DNA of 64,000 nt, from assembly GCA_024704765.1 (NCBI GenBank), contig JAKMXF010000055.1, positions 654,769 to 718,768 of the forward strand, in the 5' to 3' direction. Both the position numbers and the translations under genes were made by a program. Positions 25,923-38,340 of the stretch are shown in pieces; position 1 is the first letter of the stretch; each line of letters opens with the position of its first letter. The notes below the pieces were generated by a model. The model did no database searches. It was not told where the DNA came from and saw only the letters and a list, made by a program, of their open reading frames with translations. The stretch is from Oopsacas minuta. Taxonomy: Eukaryota > Animalia > Porifera.

Positions 25923-26170
25923 CACTGCCTGACCAAAAGTATTGGAACACTGTTTACAACTTGTGCACAAATGGCATTAGAATAGAATATGTTGAAATAT
26001 TCTATGGATATTGCAGAAGGTCGAACAATAGCTTGTCATCATTCGTTTTACGATATATTTATGTTCAACATTTTTTGAAATCATCTTTAGCCTATACAAC
26101 TATGGTAGCATACCCTTTGTTTCAGGTATTACTTGTGGCAGGGTGTTCTAATACTTTTGGCCAGGCAGTG
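25923..26170. mobile_element. Tc1-type MITE or deletion derivative (248 bp)
   Basis: 28-bp TIRs with 2 mismatches (CACTGCCTGACCAAAAGTATTGGAACAC / CACTGCCTGGCCAAAAGTATTAGAACAC). TA on both flanks. Confidence 0.88.
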
Positions 26171-26328
26171 TATTATTAGTTCTTGTTTATGGCAGACAAT
26201 AATTTTAGAACTTCACCAATATGACACATGGACGTAAAATCAACGATTTAGGATAGATCTCGGGATGTATGGAGAGGAATTTTGTGAAGTCAAACAAATC
26301 ACGATAATGCCCTGTCACATACTATCTC

Positions 26329-26514
26329 ATCCCTTGGATAAATGATGAAACACTAATCAATCCGGGAGATAAATTATTATATAATATTGTATCACTCGGA
26401 TATATTAAGATATGATAGAATATCCTCCAGGTAAAGTATAATAAGATCGAGTATCACCACGGATAAAATATTAGATAATAGAAGAAACAAAGGTAAAATA
26501 TTTCATAATAGAAT
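26329..26514. repeat. Degenerate 31-bp tandem repeat, about 6 units
   Basis: Units start at 26329, 26360, 26391, 26422, 26453 and 26484. Loose consensus ATCnCnnGGATAAA.TAT.A.ATAATAGA.T. Confidence 0.75.
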
Positions 26515-29500
26515 GAGTGTGATTTTAGCTGAATATTCGAGCGACAATCCTTCAACCATCAATTTGACTAACTTACGATGGTAAGAATGTAATGTTTTTG
26601 GACTATTCGAAAGAAGAGATACAAACGTTGTGAAAATGAAATTAAATTCTGTAAACTAATGATTTTTCTAATAGAAATTAACGCATCGAATTAGTAGTAG
26701 TTCATACTATAATTTATCACACTAAAATAAATGATTTTTCCTGAACCATGAGCATGGACTCCTGCTGTATTGCGTTCCTTTTGAGATATTTAGGATTATC
26801 ACAATTTAGATTAATAATATGTAAATATCTTGTTGTCTCTATAAATATAAAGTAAATAAATTACCCAAAACTCTGAGAATAACTCCTCTCACATACATAT
26901 ATTCTAGGTAAAATTATTTATCTTAACTTTCAATGTCATCAAAATATATTTCTACCGTTTATCCTTTCCATTGTTCTTTGCTCGTAGGGCGTAACATTAT
27001 GCTCCCGAGATATGCTGTGTGCAATAGGCATAGACTATGACGAGGCGGCCGGGGACCGCCCCGTCAGCATTCAGTAAAAGATTCCGGAAATTATATAGGT
27101 ACAGAGTATGAAATAATGACTATTTCAATCAAGAATAATTATACTTTCCGGATATTTAATCAATAATTTGCTATGAGAGTATACCAACTGTGGAATCCAG
27201 CTTTATGATCAGCTCAGAAAACGATCATTCCTATATTGCTATTGCTATTGATATTCTCATTCAATTACTTATTTAACATTGGTATTAATCGATTTTCGGA
27301 ATTATGAAAATCCTGCTAATCAAAGGTTTGACGATTGTTTATGAACGAAACATAATTTTGAAACCCAGAATCATTACCAGATTTCTAATAATAATCCATT
27401 CTTCTAAGATTCCAAATCTTGATCAATAGAAAACAATGCTACTTTTACAATAAATAACAATCTAGATCAAACAGTTTACTTCAGAATTAGTACATGCTAA
27501 TGGCTATTTGAATGCTTACTACTATGAATATAGAATATTGATACAATCAGAGACGTAATATAAAATTTCGAGTGCCCCGTTAGGTTTAGGGAATATAATA
27601 AATAACTCTACGCCTATGTATGTTGGAGAGCAATAAAGAAGCGCCCTCGAATTTTAGCAACGGGACCTGGAGCGCGCGCCATTTATGATTCAGGAGCGGA
27701 AGGTGGAGCGGCTCTAATTTTGAAGGAGCCTGCTCCTAGTGAAAATCAAAGGATGATTTCAAAAGGCTTAATCTTCAGCAACAGTGTTTTGCATCCCAAA
27801 ATTAGGAAATTATCTTGTGAATATGTATCTTAATATAAATATTCCATTGTACATCTAACCTTGATTAATCATTGAAAGTTAGCATATCCGAGGTGCAAAT
27901 ATACACATCGCCATGAACCCGTTTAGGAATTTCAACTTTTAATCATAAATGGTGTGTATACTAGAACACATATGGAAAAATATACCAAAAAGCAAACGGT
28001 CAAAAAGGAATGAGATCAATACTGCCTTAAACTGAAATAGGAAATTTGACTTCTTCTATGCAAAACATATCCAACAAACATAAGTGCTAAGCATATGGCA
28101 GTTGGGAACGAGAAGCAGGCTATATTATATAACTATCGTTAGACATCACGCAAGTGAAAGAGATGAAAATATGATTTGAGCGTAAATATCACTACAACTA
28201 TACTCATGTAAACATTTAATGAAGAAGAAGTTATTACTCGAAATGGTTATATAATAAATGATTAATATTGTTTATGCAAGTAATGTGTTCGAATTATTGG
28301 CAATGATGCAAAAGACAAGAAGAAATAATAATCAAGGGATAATATTTCCCCTTTGAAAACTTGGTGAAATATGTATCATGTCGAAATCTCCATAGGGATC
28401 CGCGAGAATATTTAAACTAATATGACAAGATTTAGGGCTCATATGAAATTATGGTGATTAACAGCGAAAAGTCTTACAAATACATCAGCAAATAAACAAT
28501 ATAAAAATTCTACATAAAATTAGATAAAGGTTCGAGTGAATACTTATAGATACCTGACCAATCCTTGTTCGATATATTCCAATTGAGAAGTGATCTTCTT
28601 AAGGAAGATGCACTTTGGATCAATCAAAGAGTAATTGAGTTGAAAGCACATCAATCTAGTAAGCAGAGAAACAATAGTCTTTTGAACACTATTGGCACTG
28701 TAGCCAAAAATATTCAATGAGTATGTTATTATCCCTTCGAAATGTTTTATCTGGTACTTAAATGAAAACTAGAAGGAGGCATTGAATGAATAAATATGTA
28801 TTAACATTTTTGGAATAATATATCAGTTACTTTATAACTAAGTGCTAATTGGACAATTCCTAAATCAAGGTAACTATTATTTGTGAGAGGAAGTATAAGT
28901 CTAAATATTGTTAAATACAATCTGGCATAAATTAAAGATTAAAATATTCTTTAGATTTCGAAGGATAAGGCACAACAGTTTTAATCGATTTTACTAGAAA
29001 TCAGGACATTAGGGAAGGGGACTCTGTATTGGATAGAAGAATAGATGTATGTGGAATATTGATCAGAAATCGTAGTAGATTTTTGATGACAATAGCAGAA
29101 CTTTAATCAAAACGGACATTTCTAGCCAATATTTGTTCCCATAATGATTTTCAAACATTTAGTTGAGTTTGATTGGATTTGAATTAGATGTAAACAATCC
29201 TCTACTTACTGGTACAGGTTCGAAGTAATTCTTGAGGTTGTTGAGGTTGAATATAGAATCCTTTAGATTAGCTGAGATCAAACCACAAAAATTTGACTAG
29301 CGTCTGTACATTTAGCCTATTTGTTGAATTTGAATGTTTTTATTTGGATTATTTTAATACTAGTACCTACTTGTTGATCAGCATCTCTAGGGTCATTTGT
29401 TGTTGAGTTTGACTATTCATGAAATAACACAAAAATGACCAATAATACCATATCTTCCTTCTCACAAGGGATTTTACATAAAAGTTCATCAAAGTATACA

Positions 29501-30259
29501 GTCTCTTGACATGTAGGAGCCCATGAGCACTCCATCTTTGTATATAATGATGTAAAATAAAATGGAAATATTCAGAAAAGAGAAAGACAATATACAACAG
29601 AGATAACTTAAATATTGCTCAACTACACTATAGTACATTCTTATTTTGTGTACTATACTATAGTACAGTTTTATCAATGAATATTTGAATTGATAAAGAT
29701 ATATAATTACAAGTACAAATAAACTAAACAAATAAACACAAATCTAAATTTATATTGTCATTCCATAGGTAGCAATGCCTGTTACTTTCAAAAACATATT
29801 CATGTTGAAATGAACTTGCACGACGATTATCTTGCGTCAATTTATCGGGTGAACTATTAAATAAACTCAGAATACTACACAATGCCATTTTCAAATAATG
29901 ATTTTCATACATACCTATCTGGTGTGAAGTCACTTTTTAGAACACAATTTCGATTTCAATCGAATGAAATAGAAGAAACATAACATCTAACAAATTCGGG
30001 TGAGTTATTCTCATATTCTAACTACAACTATCCAAACATCGGGATGTCTACTCATTCAACAATAACACTAGCTGAACCGTCCACAGAAGAATCGGACACT
30101 GCCCTAAACAGCATACAATATAGAATGCTAATAGTATGTAAACGTTTCAACCTAAGAACACCTTCAGCACTGTTGACGATATTTTAAGAATAAGCAAGAT
30201 TTGTCTACCAGAGTACAGGCCCCATGAACCATGGAAGTCTGCTGACGAAGCAAAGGTGA

Positions 30260-31700
30260 ACCTTGACACATGGGTCTACAATCTTCACGTCGGAGGAGGC
30301 CGTTTTAACTGAATTTGGGGAGGATAGATATACGCTACTAGTAAGAAGGGGTTTCAAAAGTGTTAGTTTGTCACAGTAGTGGAAAGACTGTGTTAATAGG
30401 GAAAAAGAGGAGAAGTTCTACGCTTAAATGTGGTTGTATATTTAGAATTGGAACTGAAAGTTGTGTTGAAAGATGAACATTGCTGGTGGCCACTTGGAAC
30501 GTACAGGTCATGATTTGGTGGTGAATCACGGGGGCCAGTTTGACGCAGGCATCTCTAAGGGCCATTCCTAAAGAAGTAATAGAACTCGGAGAACAGCTCA
30601 AAAATTCGGGGTTTTCTGCATCCAAGATCAACCAAGCTTTAGAAAGTGAAGCTTACAGACATGCACTACCCGTATCTTGGAAAACAGTGATATTTACAAC
30701 GAATTTTCGGCTAGTATAGAAGGAAGAATTCTGGATGCAACCAATTTTACAGAATTGTACATTCACACCAAACTAAATATCGTTTGTATTATAATTTGTA
30801 TACAGATTCAGATGGTTCTCAGGGAAAGCATAGAACAATGATCTGGAATTTAGGGAACAATCCAGTTTTGTATGATAGATCTCATGGGGCGAACAAATAT
30901 GGACTTAAGTTTGGAGCTTTACAACCATCAATACCTATGGACAAACGATCATTCTTGCTTGTTGTCTTTCATCAAACGAAACCGAAGAATCTTATAATTG
31001 GATTTTTGGCGAATTTGTTGTTGCGTTACACAAACCTCCAAATGTCATATTCACAGATGGTGACCTGGGTATGGCAGCTGCAATAAAAGATATTCTAGTT
31101 ACTACTACACATCTATTGTGTACTTTTCACCTCTCTCTAAATATCTTTACACATATTAAACCAATTCTAAGTAAAAGAAACGATCCGAAACAAAATTGGA
31201 ACAATTTTCCTAAATCCTGGTAGTCGATTTGTAAGAAGCAGGATGCACTTTAATGCGCAATTTTGAATTAGAGTGGAATAAATCAATTGACATAATTGAT
31301 TCTAACAAAGATTCATTGAGTGAAGAAACCTACAAAGACACAAAAAGGTGGCTCGAAGTTTCATAGGACTGATGTAAACAGTGGGCTGCTAGACGGACTT
31401 GGGCTTATTTAACTTTAGGAATACATTCAACCCAGAGAGCAGAAGCAGTTCACTCGCTATTAAGCATTTTCTAACCAGACATACACTATTGACTGAACTT
31501 GCGAAAAAATGTAGGAGTATCAACAGACTATTTTTGAAAGAGGCGAAGGAAAAGCAATACGAGCTCTACTTAGAAATGATACTGAAATTCATTCAGATTT
31601 CTTATATCAGTATCCCATTGTGGCATATTTAAGAGAATATTTGAGCCCATTTGCTTATGACTTAACTGTCAGAAGTTGGTCACCTGAGCATATATACATA
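30260..31700 (+). pseudogene. Mutator/MULE transposase relic with FAR1/WRKY-like N-terminal domain
   Basis: Fragments across frames: TIFTSEEAV, RRSSTLKCGCIFRI, SDIYNEF..DA, YDRSHGANKYGL, VIFTDGDLGMAAAIKDIL..THLLCTFHL. These match the MULE D-x-T-x-x-x-N-K-Y, TD and CxxH pattern. No TIRs identified. Confidence 0.8.
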
Positions 31701-31969
31701 ACTTTATGTAATATCTAATGAGAAAATTAGCGCCAGTGTCCGCTCTCAACGCCACAAGTATTACAATGCTATAAGAAAATATTTGACTGTTTCATAAAAT
31801 TCATTATTCACTTTCAACATTCACACATTCTTTTTCAAAAATACGTAAAGTCAATTGTGAACAAATGAACATTAGAGATTGCAAACAGGAAAATAGAAGA
31901 GGGGTAAAAACACATACAATTTAGTGCGATTATTATTGTTGTTTTTGGATGAAAAAGTGTATCAACCGA

Positions 31970-32105
31970 ATACTGCTCAGAGGACGATGATTTTGTGAGG
32001 TCAAAAAGCTGCATAATATCAATTTGGGTGCGGGAAGTGATTAAAAACAAGCGTAAAATTTTCCAATCTTTCGTCACGAACCTAACACTTCTGCCCTAAT
32101 GGGTT
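31970..32105. repeat. Dispersed repeat, copy 2 (piggyBac-like right end ..CCCTAATGGG|TTA)
   Basis: Colinear similarity to 540-682, ending GGG then TTAC (degenerate TTAA). Confidence 0.45.
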
Positions 32106-32589
32106 ACAGTAGAGTATTGGGAAAGTTGAATAAGGCCGAATTGTCAAATCCGGAATGTGGTCGAATAAATTTCAAAAGTGGAATATTGCCGAAATATTAT
32201 TGTTTGATTTGATGGGATTTTAATGGTTTCTATATATCCACTTTCAATAAATGAGCTTATTGAGAACCAAAACAATTGATGTCATTTGTTACATGTGGTT
32301 GAATACTTTATGGCCCTGTATATGCTACTATACAGTTGTTAGCCAAACCTATTCAACGATTTTAGAGTTGCAAATATTTTGTTATACTCCCACATGTAAT
32401 TAAGATATTCTTATACATCGATATCCGTCAAACTACAAAAGGAATCTTGTTCACGCTTATTCTCTGCCTTATAACTAATAGTTTTTTTTAATTCACCAGA
32501 GTAATGAAATTTTTGTTTGATATACCTAGGATTAATACGATCAGTGGTCGAATACTTTTGTCCTTAAAATGTATATTCATACAATTTAA

Positions 32590-33110
32590 ACACAATAAAT
32601 CTATGTGCATGTATATATATATATATATATATTTATATGCTCAGAATTGATTAAAGAAACTGGGAGCCACAGGGCTGATTATGGCATCCAGAAATTATGG
32701 ACCAGGCTCGAACATATTCGAATCTTGGACAAAATTCACACCTATGACGCAACTATGACAACATTGTCCCCTTTTAGATTTTCAAAAGTCCCATTATTAA
32801 CTACTGCAGGGCCAATATACATGATAGAAGTTTGAAATTTGAACCACAGCCATTCACAGGTAACTTTCAAGGTGTCAAATGTGCTACCATAATGATTCTG
32901 ACCAAAGGTTAACTCATCCTATGATAATTGTGTCATCATGACTGTGCTAAAAATAAAATTTTCAAATTAGAAATATTTCAAAATTTGTAATACTCTACGC
33001 ACAAAGTGCCGAGATTACTGAGTCCAAGCAATATAGCACTCCAGCGTCCCCACAGAAGGCCATTAAACGATATTTGGATAGACCATTGATATTAAAATCT
33101 TAAAATTGGA
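32590..33110 (+). mobile_element. Helitron-like non-autonomous repeat, copy 3 (inverted relative to copies 1 and 2)
   Basis: Matches the reverse complement of copy 2 (aattgatt.aa.aaactgg, cagggct.att.tggc, aattcaca, aaagtc.cattattaac.actgc, atgatagaagtttgaaattt). (TA)n tract at about 32608-32634. Confidence 0.6.
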
Positions 33111-34727
33111 ACTATTCTTTGAATCCGAGGTACGTAGTGCTGAGTATAATCTTTCGCGTTGCCACCAATAACACTCTAAAATTTAGTTATTCAATACTTA
33201 AGCTAAGCTCGAGCTTTAAGCTTTCGCGCAGAGATCTAGTACTCGAAGTGCGTTATTATACAAAATTCCAAATCTTAGGCTATATCAATTCTCCACTCCG
33301 CAGATTCCGAATTACGAAATTCTTGAAGGTTGTTACAAAGATTCTCTTGTTTATTCAATGTGGGATATATCAATAGGAAGGATAAATACTTGAACGATGT
33401 CATATATATCGATGCGCGCAAATTTAGAGATGGATGCCCTGCTAGATTCTAAATAGTTTTGGATTATAATATAATTATGAATGAAATTAGACAACATGAA
33501 TTATCAGAATCACAAATTGGAATTAGAAAGTGTTGTAAAGAGTGTAAAGAAGGCTGAACATTTCTAAGAATCTCTTTGTGATCTTTTCGATGAAGAGGAA
33601 AATGTATCTGATGTAAGTGGACTGATTAGCTTTGTATAAGTAGAGTATACTATGTATATGAATAAAGTTAATTAGGTGACAATTTCTTTGAACAAAGAAA
33701 ATGCCCTTTCTCTAATACAACTTTCCCTGAAGAGTTCAAAACATATCATTCCCATTCAATAAAGGGAGCTTTGCAAGGTGAGATGAATATGATAAATATT
33801 ATTGATTATATTCATCAATTGAATTTGAAGTATATTCAATGAATATAATTCAAATTTAATATTATCATTGGCGGTTACTTGCAATAATCACTATTTGTAT
33901 TTCGAAGGTGTATTATTTGTTTGGGGTCATTTTTTCGCTTTGGCAGTGAAGTCAAATCTCAAATTCAACCGATTTCCACTATGTATGTATAATCTGGTAT
34001 TTGTGTGTTGCTTACTTGTGTACTTTTCCCATCATAGAATTATGATATATTAGAAATTATATAATGAAATGTCATTATCCGAAATGTCAGGACAATTTAG
34101 AAGGTGGCCAGTTCACGTTGCGAGAATTGCTCTTGCCAAAACAAAGCAGTTTTTACGTTAGAATGCTGTCTGTAATAAAGAAGAACGCTGCATAATATTT
34201 ATGTTGATTCGAGAAAGTACTATTCCAGGATGCATAAATAACAATTATATACTATTGGACAAATCCGTAGGTCGAAAATAATTTTCCTTGTTTACACAAT
34301 GAGTTTGACAGAAAAATCAATAAAGACAAAATAACTAGAGTCAAGAAACAAAAAGATTATTATTAGAGAATTTCGAATATGCAATTTTTCACAACCTAAG
34401 AGAAAATACCAGATCGGACAAAAACGGGTTTTAAAACATTGTAATGTCAACATGTAATCATGTTAGGTAATGATCCTTGAATATATACATGCTAATTAGC
34501 CACGGAATTATTCAAAATAGAATTTCTAGTTTTGGCCTTAGGGAATCACACTTTGCAATTTGAGTAAATTTTGTGATAATCACATATATTTTTCACCACA
34601 TACCGAGGATATGTAATTAAGAGAACTACTCGGGATTCCACAAATAGATTCATTTACCGTAAATAACTCGGTAAATTTAGAAATTCCGGCAACCATATAT
34701 GTGGAGTAAACGCATAAAGATTAATGC

Positions 34728-34804
34728 ATATATGAAAGTTAGATATATTACTTGACTAATTCCTAAGATATATCATGACCCGCAAGACTTATTCAACGCC
34801 CTGA
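34728..34804 (-). mobile_element. Solo 5' terminus of the mariner family found at 60233-61542
   Basis: Near-identical to about 61467-61542 (gttagatatattacttgactaattcctaagata..atgacccgcaagacttatt.aacgccctga), followed by TA. Confidence 0.85.
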
Positions 34805-34891
34805 TAATGGATATAGTGATATATGGATATAGTGATAATTTAGACAAAAATTATGTGTCCCCACCATTATCACTATATCCATTATGTACTG
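34805..34891. mobile_element. Miniature (about 90 bp) Tigger-end derivative, left TIR truncated
   Basis: ATGGATATAGTGAT repeats on the left. On the right ATCACTATATCCATTATGTACTG|TA. Related to the end of the Tigger at 37240-37334. Confidence 0.6.
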
Positions 34892-35429
34892 TATTCCATT
34901 ATACAAAGAATTCAAATGGTGGGGGGATCTACAGAATATGTATGACTTAATAAAGTAGTATACATAAGGTGATACTGCTGCACTACTCAATTTAATATCT
35001 CTGTTACAATAAACCCTTCCATCCAAGTCTGCTGATATCACCACACTATCGTCTTAACGAAGAAAATCATAACCCACCTTTGTTCGGAAGCGATTGATGT
35101 TAATCTGGTTGCAAAGAAACGAATCGGGTTCCCAACTCGGGACGCTATGTTATAACTAGAGTATACTGTATTATGAAACTAATTTCATTAAAATTATCAC
35201 CTTTAAGGTTGTGAATTTACTGTTCTGTTTATCCCGACTTTTGAATTATCCATATATTTTCAATAGTTCTAATTTTTAACTGAGTATCCATTCATTCTGT
35301 TTTCCAAAATCTCCTTTTTGAATTCGACCCAATATCAGTATATACTTATACCAGGTTCTGCTATGCTTCTATATTAGCAATGTCATCATAACTAAGATCG
35401 AAAACAGCCCTGCCTCATATGCATGTATG

Positions 35430-37334
35430 TACCACTATAACTATTATCACTATATCCATATATGATATCGCTACAACCGTATCAATTATATAAGTTAAAT
35501 TTACAAATCCCTGTATGAGATGATTTAACCTCGATTCTGGACAATTATAGCAAACAATACCAAGAAGAGTATTGAAGAGGAATACTATGAAAAAAGTCAA
35601 AGTGTAAGTAAATCAGTAACGTTCTACTTCGTATAAAAATATATTCAATGTTGTTTGCTTTTTCAACAGTTTCTACAATGAGTACCCGATCTTCACTTTT
35701 TGAGAGAATCGCACCTTGAAGATCGAGGTTGTGGTGAGATATAAATGTTCTCATATTCTTAATCATTTTATCACTTCTGACGTAGAAGGAACAGGAATTG
35801 CAGATACATCTTCAGTGTCACTCCCAATCATCTCAAGATCAATCTGAATTAACATTGACATAGTTAGAAAAATCATCACCAAATACTTCTGGAGGCAGCG
35901 GAAGCTCACAATATTCAATATGGGAATTGACTTCAGTGCTACCAATGAAAGTGTTCCAAATAACATTGAGAAGCAATTAACAACAGTCTGCGACTTCATG
36001 TGTCTCCATGCAAGTGCAATCCATAATATAGCTTGTTTGATATCAATCGCCTTAGACATTTTTTCTCCGGTCAAATTCCCATCCGCGAGCAGATCTAAAG
36101 CATACGCCATAACACTCTTTCGGTAAAATGCCTTGAATTCATTATAATATCACTGTCGCAAGGTTGGATTACACTAGTTGTGTTTGGGGGCAACATAATA
36201 CACTCTACATGCGACGAACGTGACATATCTGGTTTGTGCACTGAAGCATTATCCATCAATAAACCCACCTTTCGCTTTTCTCTCACATTTTGGAATTGAA
36301 TTCACCAAGGAATTCACTAAATAATGCTCATAGCATCCAAGCTTTTGTGTTATATCTGTAGTTGACGGGTAAGGCGCGCATACAATCTTTAAGAGGACGG
36401 GGGTTAGCATACTTGCTGATTATGGTTAGCCTAACTTTATCGCTCCCATCAGCATTAGAACAAACAAGAGCAGTAAATTTCGTTTTGTTTTGCTTAATAC
36501 CGCGGACAGCATCTTTATTCTTACTAAATTCAAATGTGAATTTTGGGAAACATCTGTAGAAAAGGTCCATCTCATCATAATAATAGCAGTCTGAAAGTGA
36601 GTAATTAGACAGAATTACAGGAATTTGTATACGGAGGAAATCATATGCGGCCAGTGTGTCAGCAGAGGCGGCATCTCCGTGCTGTACCGAAGAAATGCAG
36701 TGGCGTTTTCCCTAACTTTATAACCAACCACGTGATGGAATAGGGTCAATGTTGTATATCTTTGCCAGGAAATCAATTTTAGACATGAGCATATTCCCAT
36801 CAATTGGAACGGACCTCTCTCGCGCATCTGTAAACCACACTAATAGTGATTTGTCGAGGTCTTCATGGGTCGACATTCGCTTTCGCTTTGCTGCTGGTGC
36901 AATTGTAATTAGTTTTTCAGAAGAATTGCTTTTCTTGATGTTTGATATCGATGATTGATAAATTAGATATCCCTGTGCTACTTCGACTTGAGTAACGCCG
37001 TCACGCATTACCTCAACCACTTCCAACTTCTTCATCACTGACAATAATTTACGCTTCTGTCTATTTTCCATGATGGAAAAAACTAAAGACGATTAACGAA
37101 GATATGGGGTCAATATAATTTTGAAAGATAAATTATGGGGTAACAAAAATAATCAAAAAAATTTTTTGTTCGAATATGTATTGGTGCCCAAATAATCACT
37201 ATATCTAATAAATGATATCACTATACCCAATAAAATTTGCATGGGATTTGCTTGGGGACACATCTAAAGCAGCAAAATTATCACTATATCCAATGTATCA
37301 CTACATCCATTATCACTATATCAATTATGAACTC
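35430..37334 (-). mobile_element. pogo/Tigger-like transposon 1 (DD31D), decayed
   Basis: Transposase fragments from ATG 37071: HTH_psq/CENP-B-like KLEVVEVM..DLDKSLLVWF, DLFYRCFP, CSNADGSDK, MDNASVH..LPPNTTSVIQPCD, AILWIALAW. ATCACTATATCC subterminal repeats. Right end degenerate (GAACTC|TA); left boundary uncertain. Confidence 0.85.
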
Positions 37335-38340
37335 TACTAAGGAGGCTAAGGATGTCATAATCTTGCCTCCGCCAAGATGCCAAGAATCAGAGATTGGGAA
37401 CCGCTGCACTCAAGGAGTATGATAAAGTGTTATAACTACATATCATCAATTAGTTTGTACATTTCACATTCTTCTCTCCATCAATATCAGTAAGAAAACA
37501 GATGACAGGTATATATTGATTATGTTCATCATTATTGTAATTGTTCGATTATTATACAAGGTGGAAGACAGGCCTTATCGAATACAGTAGATGTAGAAAA
37601 AAGGAATAGTGGAAGCAGAAGCATAATAGAGCAGATACGATGCGAATATAGGTATTGAATAGAGATTTGAAAACACTGAGTGAAAAGATTTTGATAACTT
37701 CTGGAAAATGTCGATGGCTCTCAATAATTATGAGTGGTCAAAAGGGGGGCACTAAATTTTCAGCCAGTAAAGTAGATTCGATGGAATGTAAGTAATGGCA
37801 TATTCACATGCTCAGAATAATGTATTTATTCCTGAAGATCTATATCTTGATCCAGAGATCGATTTCGGAATATTTCCAATCATCTTTTGAATATGGGAAT
37901 GTCACAGACAATGAAGTATACCAGTCTCAAAGATTATCCAAAAAATATACTCCAAGTAAGTAATGGGCACATGAATATATCATATTCAAATATAAAATCA
38001 TTACATAATATAAACAAATCGAGATATCTGTAAGAATAGTCCAAGGGTAAATTCCATCTATGGACCAAAATTTACAAAGAGTAACAATGCCTTAGCATAT
38101 AGATATGTTTTAATATAGCAGAGAACTCTCCAAGGACACCCGATTAAGAACGCTGTTTAAATGGTAGTAGTTTACTACCTTACTTGTGATATATTCACTT
38201 AAGATATAATCATAATTAATTATGACTTAATCCCCCACTATTTACCTATTAGAATCAGTGGGAACAATATTAGAGAAGTGGGGTCTCAAAATTAAATGGG
38301 GTATATGGTCCCTACATCGACTGGTTGTACAGCATTATAA

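Noticed and set aside
25727-26179. 150-aa plus-strand ORF as a gene
   Set aside because: It runs across the Transib right end and an entire MITE, with no recognisable motif, so it is a chance frame.
26329-26514. CRISPR array
   Set aside because: Units are contiguous with no repeat-spacer alternation, the context is eukaryotic and there are no cas genes.
29380-29560. Minus-strand frame MECSWAPTCQETVYFDELLCKIPCE with faint PI3K C2-like look
   Set aside because: The similarity is too weak, there is an in-frame stop shortly after, and the splice signals are not convincing.
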